This document shows, piece after piece, positions 30,063-39,557 of a stretch of DNA of 64,000 bases. Under the pieces are notes generated by a model. That model made no database searches. It saw only the letters and a list, made by a program, of their open reading frames with translations, and was not told the DNA's origin. Within the stretch, counting starts at the first letter, position 1. Every line of letters starts with the position of its first letter. The position numbers were made by a program, and so were the translations under genes. Source of the stretch: an uncultured delta proteobacterium (lineage in GTDB: Bacteria; Desulfobacterota; Binatia; UBA9968); NCBI GenBank assembly GCA_963840855.1, contig CAWJBB010000062.1:1-64000 (forward strand), in the 5' to 3' direction.

Positions 30063-31028
30063 TCACGAGTGAGCCTCGGTGTGGATGAAGAGCTCGTCAA
30101 GGCCCAGTTTTCTGCCAAGCAAGCCTTGCTCCTGAGAATACTGCATCAGAGTTTCAAGCGCTTTGCGATTGACCGGGCCAAGACCATATACCCACGGGTC
30201 TAAACCGAGGATTTCTTCCTGTTCTTCGAGAAAGGGACGAAACCAGGCGAGGGGAACGATGCGGGGATTTTCCATGCGCTTATACGCGACTTGTTTCGCG
30301 GCCTCAAACGCCTGCATCAAGTTAATCGGCACCCAGGGGTATTTGTCGACGACCTCTTGCTTGATAGCTGTGGTGTGCATGATCGGAAAAAATCCGGTGC
30401 GCTTGTAATAGTCTATCTCTAAAGCGCGATAATTTGGGAATAAGCGTTTGACTCTCTTGTCGTTTTCCAGGATTGGTTTGATGACTTCGGGATGAATTAG
30501 CGCGTCTAGCTCGCCTTCAACGAGCATCGCCTCGACATTTTTTCCCGATGCCACACGCTGGATTTTCAACTCCGCAGGCGGCGTCCAATCAACTTCCTCC
30601 TCGTCCTGTTTCAACCAATTAATGCTACGGTGCGGCACGCCATGCTCGTGCTCCAAGATGCCGCGAATCCAGAGATTAGCCGTGGCCTGGAAATTACGTA
30701 GGCCGACCTTCTTACCGATCAGGTCGGAGGGTTTGCCAATTCCTTTGCTCGTATTCAAAAAAACAAATCCATGGCGGAAACGGCGGTGCAAGAAAACCGG
30801 AATGGCAACGAACGGCAATCCTGTGTACTTCGCCATCAGGTAATTCGACATAGATAACTCCGCCACGTCAAATTCATGGTTGCGCAGCATGCGCCAATGA
30901 CGGATGTCGGAGGTCATGTCAGTCAATACGGTTAATTCAATACCGTCCGGTTTGACGGTCCCTTCCTTCAGTGCTCGGATAATCTCATAGTCTCCCACCG
31001 CTAGGGTCAGATGAATCCTTTTACTCAT
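30063..31028 (-). CDS. 4,5-dihydroxyphthalate decarboxylase-like / PhnD-SsuA substrate-binding-fold protein
   Basis: FDVAELSMSNY, PVFLHRRFRH, FPIMH, DPWVYG. Confidence 0.8.
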   Translation of the reverse strand: MSKRIHLTLAVGDYEIIRALKEGTVKPDGIELTVLTDMTSDIRHWRMLRNHEFDVAELSMSNYLMAKYTGLPFVAIPVFLHRRFRHGFVFLNTSKGIGKPSDLIGKKVGLRNFQATANLWIRGILEHEHGVPHRSINWLKQDEEEVDWTPPAELKIQRVASGKNVEAMLVEGELDALIHPEVIKPILENDKRVKRLFPNYRALEIDYYKRTGFFPIMHTTAIKQEVVDKYPWVPINLMQAFEAAKQVAYKRMENPRIVPLAWFRPFLEEQEEILGLDPWVYGLGPVNRKALETLMQYSQEQGLLGRKLGLDELFIHTEAHS

Positions 31029-31034
31029 GGCGCC

Positions 31035-31063
31035 TATCTAGCATGCTTGGTAGAATTTGCCAA
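31035..31063 (-). promoter_or_regulatory. Candidate leaderless promoter
   Basis: TTGGCA-17-TAGATA with TGn, ATG 6 nt later, no SD. Confidence 0.45.
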
Positions 31064-31171
31064 CGATGGATTGACGATGGATTGGGATTGAGTTGATTGC
31101 GGTTTTCGTCTCTGCTAAAAGGCGTTGGGCTTAAAAATTTCGCTGAGAAACAGCTGATGAAAGCAGCTTTC

Positions 31172-31882
31172 CTAACTCGACTTGCGAAATCTCTTTGCCC
31201 GTCGCACGAAATATTCCCACATCGATTCCATCCGGTGGGGCGTGTAAATCTGTTCGTATTTAACCGCCGCTTCTGCGTCGCTGGTCCAGGATGGCTCTCC
31301 GGAAGCCGTAGCCATCAATTGGATGCGCGCGGCCTTCTCAAGGAAAACAGAGTACAGGGTTGCCGTTTCGATGCTTTCGCCAACCACGGTGGAACCGTGG
31401 TTTTTCATGAGCAGGCCCCGGCATTTGCCCAGGCTCTTGGCCACTTCGACGCCTAACTCGGGGGTGCGAATCAGCGCCGTGGTGTAATCGAAAGTCGGAA
31501 GCCCTTCGTAAAAGATATTACCCTCGTGGCTGATTGGGCGGAGTTTTTGACCCAGAGCGCCGAAAGCCGTCGCATACGGCGGGTGCGAGTGCACGACACA
31601 ATTCACATCGGGCCGCGCCTTCATGATTTCCGTGTGGATAAAGACCTCGGAATGGCGTTCGTGAGAGCCCTGGACTTTTTTGCCGCTTTCAATGTCCACG
31701 ACGATGATATGCTGCGGGCGAATTTCTTCGAAGCCGAAACTGTGGGGCTTCATGAGAATTCTATTCTGACCGGGGATGCGCACAGAGACATGGCCAAGGA
31801 TGTTATCCCAGTGGCCCTCGTGGGCGAGAATATTACACGAAAAAGCGAGTTTTTCTTTGAGTTCTTTAATATTGGCGGCCAT
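31172..31882 (-). CDS. Class II aldolase/adducin family protein
   Basis: GHVSVR, E..IH, VHSHP, LMKNHG. Confidence 0.9.
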   Translation of the reverse strand: MAANIKELKEKLAFSCNILAHEGHWDNILGHVSVRIPGQNRILMKPHSFGFEEIRPQHIIVVDIESGKKVQGSHERHSEVFIHTEIMKARPDVNCVVHSHPPYATAFGALGQKLRPISHEGNIFYEGLPTFDYTTALIRTPELGVEVAKSLGKCRGLLMKNHGSTVVGESIETATLYSVFLEKAARIQLMATASGEPSWTSDAEAAVKYEQIYTPHRMESMWEYFVRRAKRFRKSS

Positions 31883-31958
31883 GATTGCTCCTTGGTAGAT
31901 TATCGAGGATCGACAATAGAGGATGGAAGATCGTTGTTTGATCCTCTTTTCTCAATCC

Positions 31959-33503
31959 TTAGCTTTTGTCGGCTCGCAAACGGAACCTTTGAATTTTACC
32001 GGTCACGGTCTTCGGCAGGTCGTCGACGAATTCGACCCAGCGCGGGTACTTGTAGGGGGCGAGTTTGCTTTTCACAAGGTTCTGCAGGCCTACGCGCAGT
32101 TCGTCGCTGGGCTTGTATTCGCTCTTCAGTACCACGTAGGCTTTCGGCTTCAGCAGACCGTCGGAATCTGCGGCGCCGATCACTCCGGACTCAAGCACCG
32201 CAGGGTGCTCCATGAGCGTATTTTCGATCTCGATCGGCGACACCCATAGTCCTCCAACTTTCATCATGTCGTCGGAGCGGCCGCAATACCAATAATAACC
32301 GTCGGCGTCGCAATAATACATGTCCCCGGTCTTCAACCACTCGCCCAGCATCATGCGTTTGGTCTGCTCATGCTTGTTCCAGTAGTACGGCGCGGTGGCG
32401 TCGCCTCTCACCAGCAGGTTGCCGACTTCGCCAACGGGGACTTCGCGTCCCTCGTCATCGACGACCTTCGCTTCAAACGCTGGAGTGACCTGGCCGCTGC
32501 TGCCGGCCTTCGCTCTTCCCGGCCGATTGGCAAGAAAATCATGCGTCGCTTCAGTCGAACCGACGACGTCCAGAAGTTCCAATCCTGTTCGTTCCTTCCA
32601 TTGATGGAAAATCGCCGGCGGTAAGGGCTCGCCGGATGAAAGACAGATGCGCAAAGAACTCAGGTCGTATTTCTTTTCGACGCGCAAAAACCGCGCGAAA
32701 AGAGTTGGCACGGAGAAAAAGAAAGTCGGTTTGTACCTTTCGATGACCTGAAGAATTTTTTCCGGATCGGGCTTTTCCGGCCACAGCACGGTGGAAGCGC
32801 CAAAGCGGAAGGGAAAATAGAGAGAATTGCCCAAGCCGTAGGAGAAAAACATCTTCGACGCCGAGAAGCACAGGTCCTTTTCATTCATTCCCAGCACGGG
32901 TTTCACGAAGAGATCGCTGATCGTAATCATGTCGTGCTGCAAGTGGACAGCACCCTTTGGGTTGCCCGTGCTTCCCGATGTATAGCCCCAGAAGCAAACG
33001 TCGTCGCGCGTGGTCTTCTCAGCTTCCAGCTTCTCAGAGGCCCTGGCGATCATGCCCTCGTAGGCAAGCGCCTTGCCTCTAGGCGTGCCGACGACGATGA
33101 TATGCTTCAGAAAGGGCGTCGCGTCCCTGATCTTTTCGATTTCTGGAAACGTCGATTCGTGAACGATAATCGCCTGCGCCCGGCTGTCGTTGATCAGATA
33201 CTCATAATCCTTGGCGAACATCCAAGGGTTGGTGGGAACCGCCACGGCGCCGATCTTGATGGCGCCGAAAAAACTATAGGCGAATTCGGGCGAATCCGGC
33301 AAAATCACCAGGACACGGTTCTCAAACCCTATGCCAAGTTCTTTTAGCGCGTTGCCGGTGCGGTTAACTTTCTCGAAGACTTCCTGGTAGGTAATCTTCT
33401 GATCTTCGTAGTAGATGGCGACCGTGGCGCCGCGACCTTCGGCGATGTTGTTGTCGATGAAGGTCGTGGCGGCATTATAAATTTCAGGCAGGTCGACTCT
33501 CAT
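31959..33503 (-). CDS. Benzoate-CoA ligase family protein
   Basis: YNAA..FID, YTSGSTGNPKG, FSASKMFFSYGLGNS, GSTE, TVTGKIQRF; ATG at 33503 with GAGG SD. Confidence 0.9.
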   Translation of the reverse strand: MRVDLPEIYNAATTFIDNNIAEGRGATVAIYYEDQKITYQEVFEKVNRTGNALKELGIGFENRVLVILPDSPEFAYSFFGAIKIGAVAVPTNPWMFAKDYEYLINDSRAQAIIVHESTFPEIEKIRDATPFLKHIIVVGTPRGKALAYEGMIARASEKLEAEKTTRDDVCFWGYTSGSTGNPKGAVHLQHDMITISDLFVKPVLGMNEKDLCFSASKMFFSYGLGNSLYFPFRFGASTVLWPEKPDPEKILQVIERYKPTFFFSVPTLFARFLRVEKKYDLSSLRICLSSGEPLPPAIFHQWKERTGLELLDVVGSTEATHDFLANRPGRAKAGSSGQVTPAFEAKVVDDEGREVPVGEVGNLLVRGDATAPYYWNKHEQTKRMMLGEWLKTGDMYYCDADGYYWYCGRSDDMMKVGGLWVSPIEIENTLMEHPAVLESGVIGAADSDGLLKPKAYVVLKSEYKPSDELRVGLQNLVKSKLAPYKYPRWVEFVDDLPKTVTGKIQRFRLRADKS

Positions 33504-33586
33504 GCGTCCTCGCTGCGCGAGGAATCGCAAATTTCTGATCTCATATTTAAACCGTGAGATCTGTCATTTGAGATCCGTGGAGCGGC

Positions 33587-35059
33587 TCATTCGCCGCCGA
33601 TGATCTCTGAGTTGGTCTCAGTGGCGATAACGACCGATTTCGAGTCCGTGTAGTGCTCGATGGCTTCGTCACCGTGCTCTTTGCCGAGGCCGCTTTGCTT
33701 GACGCCGCCGAAGGGCAGTTCGTCGTAGATGATTTGCGCTGAGTTGACCCAAGTGTAACCGGCTTCGATGTTTTCAGCTCCGTACATGGCACGGTTGATA
33801 TCGCGGGTCCAGATCGACGAGCCCAGGCCGAAAATCGAGCCATTCGCTTGCTCGATGGCCTGGTCGAGATTCTTCACGCGCACGATCGGCAGCGCCGGTC
33901 CAAAGACCTCCTCCTGGATCATTCGCGCCCCGGGATCGACATCGGCGACTAGGGTCGGCTGGAGATAGAAACCTTTGTCATACTCATCGCCTTTGGGCCG
34001 TTGGCCGCCGAAGATAACTTTAGCGCCGCGCTTCACTGCGTCTTCCACTTGCTCTTCCACTTCTTGGCGCTGTTCTTTAGTATGCAGCGGACCCATCAAG
34101 GTACCCTTGGCCAAGCCGTTGCCAACACCGATTTTCTGCGCTTTCTCAACCAGTTTCGCCATGAAATCGTCGGCAATATTATCGAACAAATACAAGCGTT
34201 TAACGGCCAAACAAGCCTGACCACAGTTGAAGAAACGGCCGACCGAAGCGGCGCTGACGGCGCGATCAATATCAGCGTCGTCGCAAACGATCATCGGATC
34301 GCTGCCGCCCAACTCCAGCGTCACATGCTTGAAATCTTTAGCGGCGGACTGCATGACGCGCCGTCCGGTGTCCGTCGCGCCGGTGAAGCCGATCTTGCGC
34401 ACGGTGGGATTCACGAGCAGTTCTTCGCCGATGACGCTGCCCGGACCCGTGACGACGCTGAGCACGCCTTTGGGCCCACCGGCGTCTTGGATCGCCTTGT
34501 CGATGATTTCGCAACAGCGGAGATCGGTCAGCGGCGTTGTGCCGGCTGGCTTGACGACCACGGTATTGCCTGCAAGCAGTGCCGGCCCGAGCTTGTTGCC
34601 CATTAGCGATACCGGAAAATTCCATGGCACGATGGAGCCGCAGACGCCGAGGGGCTTACGCAGCACTATGCCATGGCGGCCGGTGTCGAGCATGACTGCG
34701 CTGGTGCGCATGGTCTTCGCCATTCCCCCGTAATGATCCAAAGTATGCACGAAACGGCGGATTTCCAGAATCGATTCGCGCATCGGCTTGCCTTGTTCCT
34801 TGGTCAGCAAGGTCGCGAGTTCCTTTTCCTCTTGGAGAATCGTATGACCTGCGGCCAGTAAAACTGCGCCGCGCTTGGATGGGGCCATCGCGGACCATTT
34901 CTTGAGAGCGCTTTTCGCGCCGTCGATGGCGCGCCGGATATCGTTGACAGTTCCTTTGGGAACGCTGTCGACGACTTCTCCGGTCGCCGGGTTTTTAATC
35001 GCCGTTGTTTCCCGGCTTTCCGAGTCGACTAACTCGCTGGCGATCAGCATTCTTGCCAT
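33587..35059 (-). CDS. NAD(P)-dependent aldehyde dehydrogenase
   Basis: PWNFP, FTGAT, LELGG, NCGQAC, EEVFGP, PFGGVKQSG; ATG at 35059. Confidence 0.95.
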   Translation of the reverse strand: MARMLIASELVDSESRETTAIKNPATGEVVDSVPKGTVNDIRRAIDGAKSALKKWSAMAPSKRGAVLLAAGHTILQEEKELATLLTKEQGKPMRESILEIRRFVHTLDHYGGMAKTMRTSAVMLDTGRHGIVLRKPLGVCGSIVPWNFPVSLMGNKLGPALLAGNTVVVKPAGTTPLTDLRCCEIIDKAIQDAGGPKGVLSVVTGPGSVIGEELLVNPTVRKIGFTGATDTGRRVMQSAAKDFKHVTLELGGSDPMIVCDDADIDRAVSAASVGRFFNCGQACLAVKRLYLFDNIADDFMAKLVEKAQKIGVGNGLAKGTLMGPLHTKEQRQEVEEQVEDAVKRGAKVIFGGQRPKGDEYDKGFYLQPTLVADVDPGARMIQEEVFGPALPIVRVKNLDQAIEQANGSIFGLGSSIWTRDINRAMYGAENIEAGYTWVNSAQIIYDELPFGGVKQSGLGKEHGDEAIEHYTDSKSVVIATETNSEIIGGE

Positions 35060-35369
35060 ACGGGATCCTCCCTCTTGTGTCAGAACCTCAAAAACAATCA
35101 TTTTCATAGGACGATGTCAAGAAATCGGCCGGCACAAATAGGGCCAATTGGCGAGAAACGGCAGCGCAAATTGCCTTTAACAATCGCGCGCATTTAGCTT
35201 ACTATGCAGTAAGACACAAAGGGTTCAATTTGTGGGTCGGGGGATTGATCACTGCGGTCCGGGAGATCCATAACGGCTCGGTCCGCGTCCCCCATAGCGA
35301 TCAAGTTAGACATTGACTGGCGGCCGAAATACGACTAATGCTTTCGACGCCGCTACAGGAGCCATCATC

Positions 35370-36236
35370 ATGATCGATAAATTCATCGTTAAGGCGAGAC
35401 CGGGAGTCCTCGGCGGCAAACACGAAGAGAAGCGCCCGCTGCGCCAACTCAGCGTGCTGCCGGTAAAGCGGCATGTGTTTATCAATCGCGACTCCCATCC
35501 GGATGCCGACATCTACGTCGCGATTCATGAAGCGAAAGACCTGCCGTCGCCGGTGCCTGATTATCAGGTTCCTCATTGTCACAACACCGATGAGTTCTAT
35601 TACTTCATCGGCAATAACCCCGATCTCACGGGCCTCGAAGGGCAGATCATCTTCGAAGGCAAAGTTCACAAAATCATCTCGCCGGCCTGTGTCTATATCC
35701 CTACCGGCGCGGTGCATGAATACAAAGTCACCAAGGGCGCGGGAACCGTGACAGTGCTATTCCGCAATCGCGGCTACACGCATGAAGACAAGCCCTTCGA
35801 TGTCGCTAGAGGTGAGCGCGATTTTACCAAGTATGCCGGCTACATTTTCCAGCCCGAAGTGCGTCCGGCGACCGAAATCAAATATCACACCGACGCCGCG
35901 CCTGGCGTGCGTTACGTGTTCGTCGATGGTAAGCTCAAGCCCGAGGCGGATTTTTACACCGTGGTGCGCAGCGTCGTTGACGTTAAGCCAACACAGCGAA
36001 ATTATGTGGATAAACATACCCATAATTGCGACACGCAGCATATCGCCATCGGCACTGGACCGGAACTGACCGGGCTCAGGATCGAGTTTCAGATTCATGA
36101 CGAAAAAATCGTCGCCGAGAGTCCCGTGGGCGTGAATATCCCGGCGGGAACGCCGCACTCACAGCGCATCGTTGAAGGATCAGGGCACTTCTTCAACTTC
36201 GTGCCAAAGGCGAATTACAACGACGGCTTGATGTGA
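35370..36236 (+). CDS. Tandem cupin-like metalloprotein
   Basis: Two repeats HxH...GxxPxLTGL...SP..V.IPxG..H (PHCHNTDE and KHTHNCDT); AGGAG SD before the ATG at 35370. Confidence 0.8.
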   Translation: MIDKFIVKARPGVLGGKHEEKRPLRQLSVLPVKRHVFINRDSHPDADIYVAIHEAKDLPSPVPDYQVPHCHNTDEFYYFIGNNPDLTGLEGQIIFEGKVHKIISPACVYIPTGAVHEYKVTKGAGTVTVLFRNRGYTHEDKPFDVARGERDFTKYAGYIFQPEVRPATEIKYHTDAAPGVRYVFVDGKLKPEADFYTVVRSVVDVKPTQRNYVDKHTHNCDTQHIAIGTGPELTGLRIEFQIHDEKIVAESPVGVNIPAGTPHSQRIVEGSGHFFNFVPKANYNDGLM

Positions 36237-36270
36237 ACTCCATTAATTTCTCGCTTAAGGAGCGCGTCCA

Positions 36271-36825
36271 ATGAACAACGATAAAAATGCCGGCGCGGTT
36301 TTCGGCGGCGGTTGTTTCTGGTGTGTTGAAGCAGTCTTCGATGAGCTGCGCGGCGTGCATTCCGTGGTCTCCGGCTACGCCGGCGGCACGACGAAGAATC
36401 CGACCTATGAGCAGATCTGCGGCGGGCGCACCGGACATGCCGAAGTGATAAAGATCGAGTTCGACCCCGGCCAGATATCGTTTCGGGACCTGATGACGGT
36501 CTTCTTCGCGACGCATGATCCGACAACCCTCAACCGTCAAGGCAACGACGTGGGTACGCAATACCGCTCGGCGATTTTTTATGCCGACGAAGACCAGAAA
36601 CAGGAAGCCGCAGCATTCATCAAAGAACTCGATGAGGCCAAGACGTTCAAAAATTCGATAGTCACGACTCTAGAGCCATTGACGGAATTCTATGCCGCCG
36701 AGGATTACCATCAGAAATATTTCGCCAATAACCCGTACCAGCCCTATTGCCAGTCCATGATCCCGCCCAAGTTGAACAAGCTGCACAAGCAATTTTCCGA
36801 GCTGCTGAAATCACATGGCAAGTAG
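36271..36825 (+). CDS. msrA: Peptide methionine sulfoxide reductase A
   Basis: GGCFWC, TGHAE, HDPT..NRQGND.GTQYRS, AEDYHQ. Confidence 0.97.
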   Translation: MNNDKNAGAVFGGGCFWCVEAVFDELRGVHSVVSGYAGGTTKNPTYEQICGGRTGHAEVIKIEFDPGQISFRDLMTVFFATHDPTTLNRQGNDVGTQYRSAIFYADEDQKQEAAAFIKELDEAKTFKNSIVTTLEPLTEFYAAEDYHQKYFANNPYQPYCQSMIPPKLNKLHKQFSELLKSHGK

Positions 36826-36900
36826 GAGCGAGCGGCATATCAAAGACTATTCGTTGCTTTTTCTTTCCCTTTCTAAAGAGGGCGGCGTGGTTTATTTGTG

Positions 36901-39153
36901 ATGGCACTTTCCGCTCATGACAACCTGGGACCGGACCTGCGCAGGCGAAGGTTGGTGATCGTATCCAACCGCTTGCCTTTCAATGTCAGCGTAGACGATG
37001 GCCGCCTAGTGTTCCATTCAAGCGCCGGCGGGCTGGTCACCGGCCTGGCATCCTTTCGGGAGTCGCTCCAACAGGGTGTGGCCCTGCCGCCGGAACACCT
37101 TTGGGTCGGTTGGCCGGGTAACAGTGTCGATGCTCTGCTGCGCGAAAGCGTCGTCGAGGAAGCTCGGAGCCGTTTCCAGTCTTATCCCGTGTTTCTCTCC
37201 GAAGAGCAGATGGAACAATTCTACCAAGGGTTCTGCAACTCAACGATCTGGCCACTGTTTCATTATTTCCCTTCATATACAATTTACCAACCGCCGCTTT
37301 GGCAGACGTACAAACAGATTAATGGGCTTTTTGCCGACGCTCTTGACGCCATTCTTAAGCCGGATGACGTCGTTTGGGTTCACGACTATCACTTGATGTT
37401 GTTGCCTCGACTCTTGAAAGCGCGCCGACCTCAATTGTCGATAGGCTTTTTCTTGCATATTCCATTTCCTTCCTTCGAGGTGTTTCGACTTCTGCCGGGA
37501 GAGTGGCGCCGTGAAATATTGGACGGACTGTTAGGAGCAGACGTCATCGGTTTCCACACCTATGAATATACCCACCATTTTCTCCAATCCGTGCTGCGCA
37601 TTTTCGGCTACGAACATCACATGGGCCAAGTGCTGGTCGCGGACCACGCCGTCAGAGTCGACACGTTTCCCATGGGCATCGATTTCGAAAAGTTTACACG
37701 AGCTACCGCTGAAAGTGATACCGAGAGCGAGCGGCGTAATCTCAAAGATGCATTGTCCGGAGTGAAACTTGTCCTCTCCGTGGATCGGCTGGATTATTCC
37801 AAGGGTATTCCGAACCGCTTGGAGGGCTACGAGCTGTTTTTGGAAACCTATCCGGAATTTCAAGGTAAAGTCGCGCTCCTCATGGTGGTGGTCCCGTCGC
37901 GTATCGGCGTGATGCAGTATGATTTGATGAAGCGGCAGATTGAAGAACTGGTCGGCAAGATCAACGGTCGTTTCGGGCGCGTGGGTTGGACTCCGGTGAT
38001 CTATCAGTACCGGCACGTGCCGTTCACCTCGTTGGCGGCGCTTTACGCCGTTAGCGACGTCTGCCTGGTTACGCCGCTCAGGGACGGCATGAACCTCATT
38101 GCAAAAGAATATTTAGCCACAAGAGGCGATGAATCGGGGATGCTGATACTGAGCGAGATGGCCGGCGCCGCGAAGGAACTGCCGGAAGCGATCATCATCA
38201 ATCCCAATAACCGAGCGGAAATCGCCATGGCTTTGAAAGAGGCGCTGGAAACGCCGGTCGAGGAGCAACAGAAACGCAATCGGATTATGCGACGTCGGTT
38301 GCAACGCTATGACGTAACCCGTTGGGCCGGCGACTTTTTGACTGTTCTTTTGGGCATGAGGGAAATTCAGAACCGCATCGAATCCAAGCTCTTGTCGTCG
38401 TCGGCATCAACGGCTATCCGCGAGCGTTACCAAAACAGCCTCCGCCGGCTGCTGTTCCTCGATTACGACGGCACCCTGACACCGTTGGTTCGAACCCCCG
38501 CGCTGGCCGCACCCGATGAGAAAATCATCAAACTCTTGAATACACTGTGCGCCGATTCAAGAAACAGCGTTGTCATCACCAGCGGACGAGACCGTCGAAC
38601 GCTGGAAGGATGGTTCCGTGATATACGGCTAGGATTGGTCGCGGAACACGGCGCCTGGCTTCAGCCCGCTGGCGAATCGTGGCAACGGGCGAAAACGGCG
38701 GCGAGCGAGTGGAAGTACGACTTACTTCCCACGCTCGAGACTTACGCGGATCGATTGCCCGGGAGCTTTGTCGAAGAGAAGGAAGAATCGGTGGCCTGGC
38801 ATTACCGCTTGGCCGATCCGGAACAAGCGGAACTACGAGCGGCTGAACTGGTCGATCACCTCCTCAATCTGACCGGGAAAACCGATCTGCAGGTGGTCCA
38901 AGGAAATAAGGTGGTGGAGATCCGGCGGGCGGGTCTCGACAAAGGAAATGCCGCTGCGCTCTGGATGAGCAAGAGCAACTATGATTTCATCCTAGCGATC
39001 GGCGATGACGCGACGGACGAGGACTTGTTCAGATCCATGCCGGTGGCGGCAGTATCGATCCGAGTCGGAGTTTCGGGAACACATGCGCAGTATAACATTC
39101 GGAATTGCGCTGAGGTGATCGATCTGCTTTTCTTGCTGGCTGCTCAGAACTGA
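36901..39153 (+). CDS. Bifunctional trehalose-6-phosphate synthase/phosphatase (OtsA-OtsB fusion)
   Basis: VSNRLP, WVHDYH, DRLDYSKG, DGMNL followed by HAD motifs DYDGTL and GDDATDED. Confidence 0.95.
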   Translation: MALSAHDNLGPDLRRRRLVIVSNRLPFNVSVDDGRLVFHSSAGGLVTGLASFRESLQQGVALPPEHLWVGWPGNSVDALLRESVVEEARSRFQSYPVFLSEEQMEQFYQGFCNSTIWPLFHYFPSYTIYQPPLWQTYKQINGLFADALDAILKPDDVVWVHDYHLMLLPRLLKARRPQLSIGFFLHIPFPSFEVFRLLPGEWRREILDGLLGADVIGFHTYEYTHHFLQSVLRIFGYEHHMGQVLVADHAVRVDTFPMGIDFEKFTRATAESDTESERRNLKDALSGVKLVLSVDRLDYSKGIPNRLEGYELFLETYPEFQGKVALLMVVVPSRIGVMQYDLMKRQIEELVGKINGRFGRVGWTPVIYQYRHVPFTSLAALYAVSDVCLVTPLRDGMNLIAKEYLATRGDESGMLILSEMAGAAKELPEAIIINPNNRAEIAMALKEALETPVEEQQKRNRIMRRRLQRYDVTRWAGDFLTVLLGMREIQNRIESKLLSSSASTAIRERYQNSLRRLLFLDYDGTLTPLVRTPALAAPDEKIIKLLNTLCADSRNSVVITSGRDRRTLEGWFRDIRLGLVAEHGAWLQPAGESWQRAKTAASEWKYDLLPTLETYADRLPGSFVEEKEESVAWHYRLADPEQAELRAAELVDHLLNLTGKTDLQVVQGNKVVEIRRAGLDKGNAAALWMSKSNYDFILAIGDDATDEDLFRSMPVAAVSIRVGVSGTHAQYNIRNCAEVIDLLFLLAAQN

Positions 39154-39409
39154 CGCCGACTTCAGTTGAAGGAGCTGCACACGCAGTTCTCAGCGTTGTT
39201 GAAGTCCCATGATGGGACCGGTAACTTTTTGATCTGACGCGCCAAGTCATAGCTCAGCCGGTAGGGTCGCTAGAGCTTGCATAAATCTGCCTGAAGGTTA
39301 AATCTTCATATAGCGGGAGATTTTCCTTCAGTCCATGAACGGCACCTAGATTCTCGGTCCATTCCCTAGAAAAACGCATGGGAATTTGTCAATGTTCTAA
39401 ATCAGGGGT

Positions 39410-39425
39410 TGGCACTACATTTGCT
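39410..39425 (+). promoter_or_regulatory. sigma54 -24/-12 promoter
   Basis: TGGCAC-TACAT-TTGCT, an exact consensus match. Confidence 0.85.
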
Positions 39426-39557
39426 CGAAATAAGATAGTGATCCCGGTTTCTCGGGATATTGTCGTGATGGTCGAATCCGACCATTCCCAAAGGAAGTAA
39501 CGTCGGAACCGACATCCCAACGCTGGTTACTTCCTATTGCGGCCACGCGAGGGTTTT

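Noticed and set aside
31633-31641. Perfect DnaA boxes inside coding regions (also 36005-36013)
   Set aside because: Isolated and intragenic; cannot be told from chance.
35313-35325. GACTGGCG resembling a ZTP riboswitch core
   Set aside because: The 3' CGCCTGGG-type pseudoknot partner is missing.
39250-39264. TAGCTCAGCCGGTAG resembling a tRNA D-arm
   Set aside because: No anticodon arm, T-arm or acceptor stem follows.
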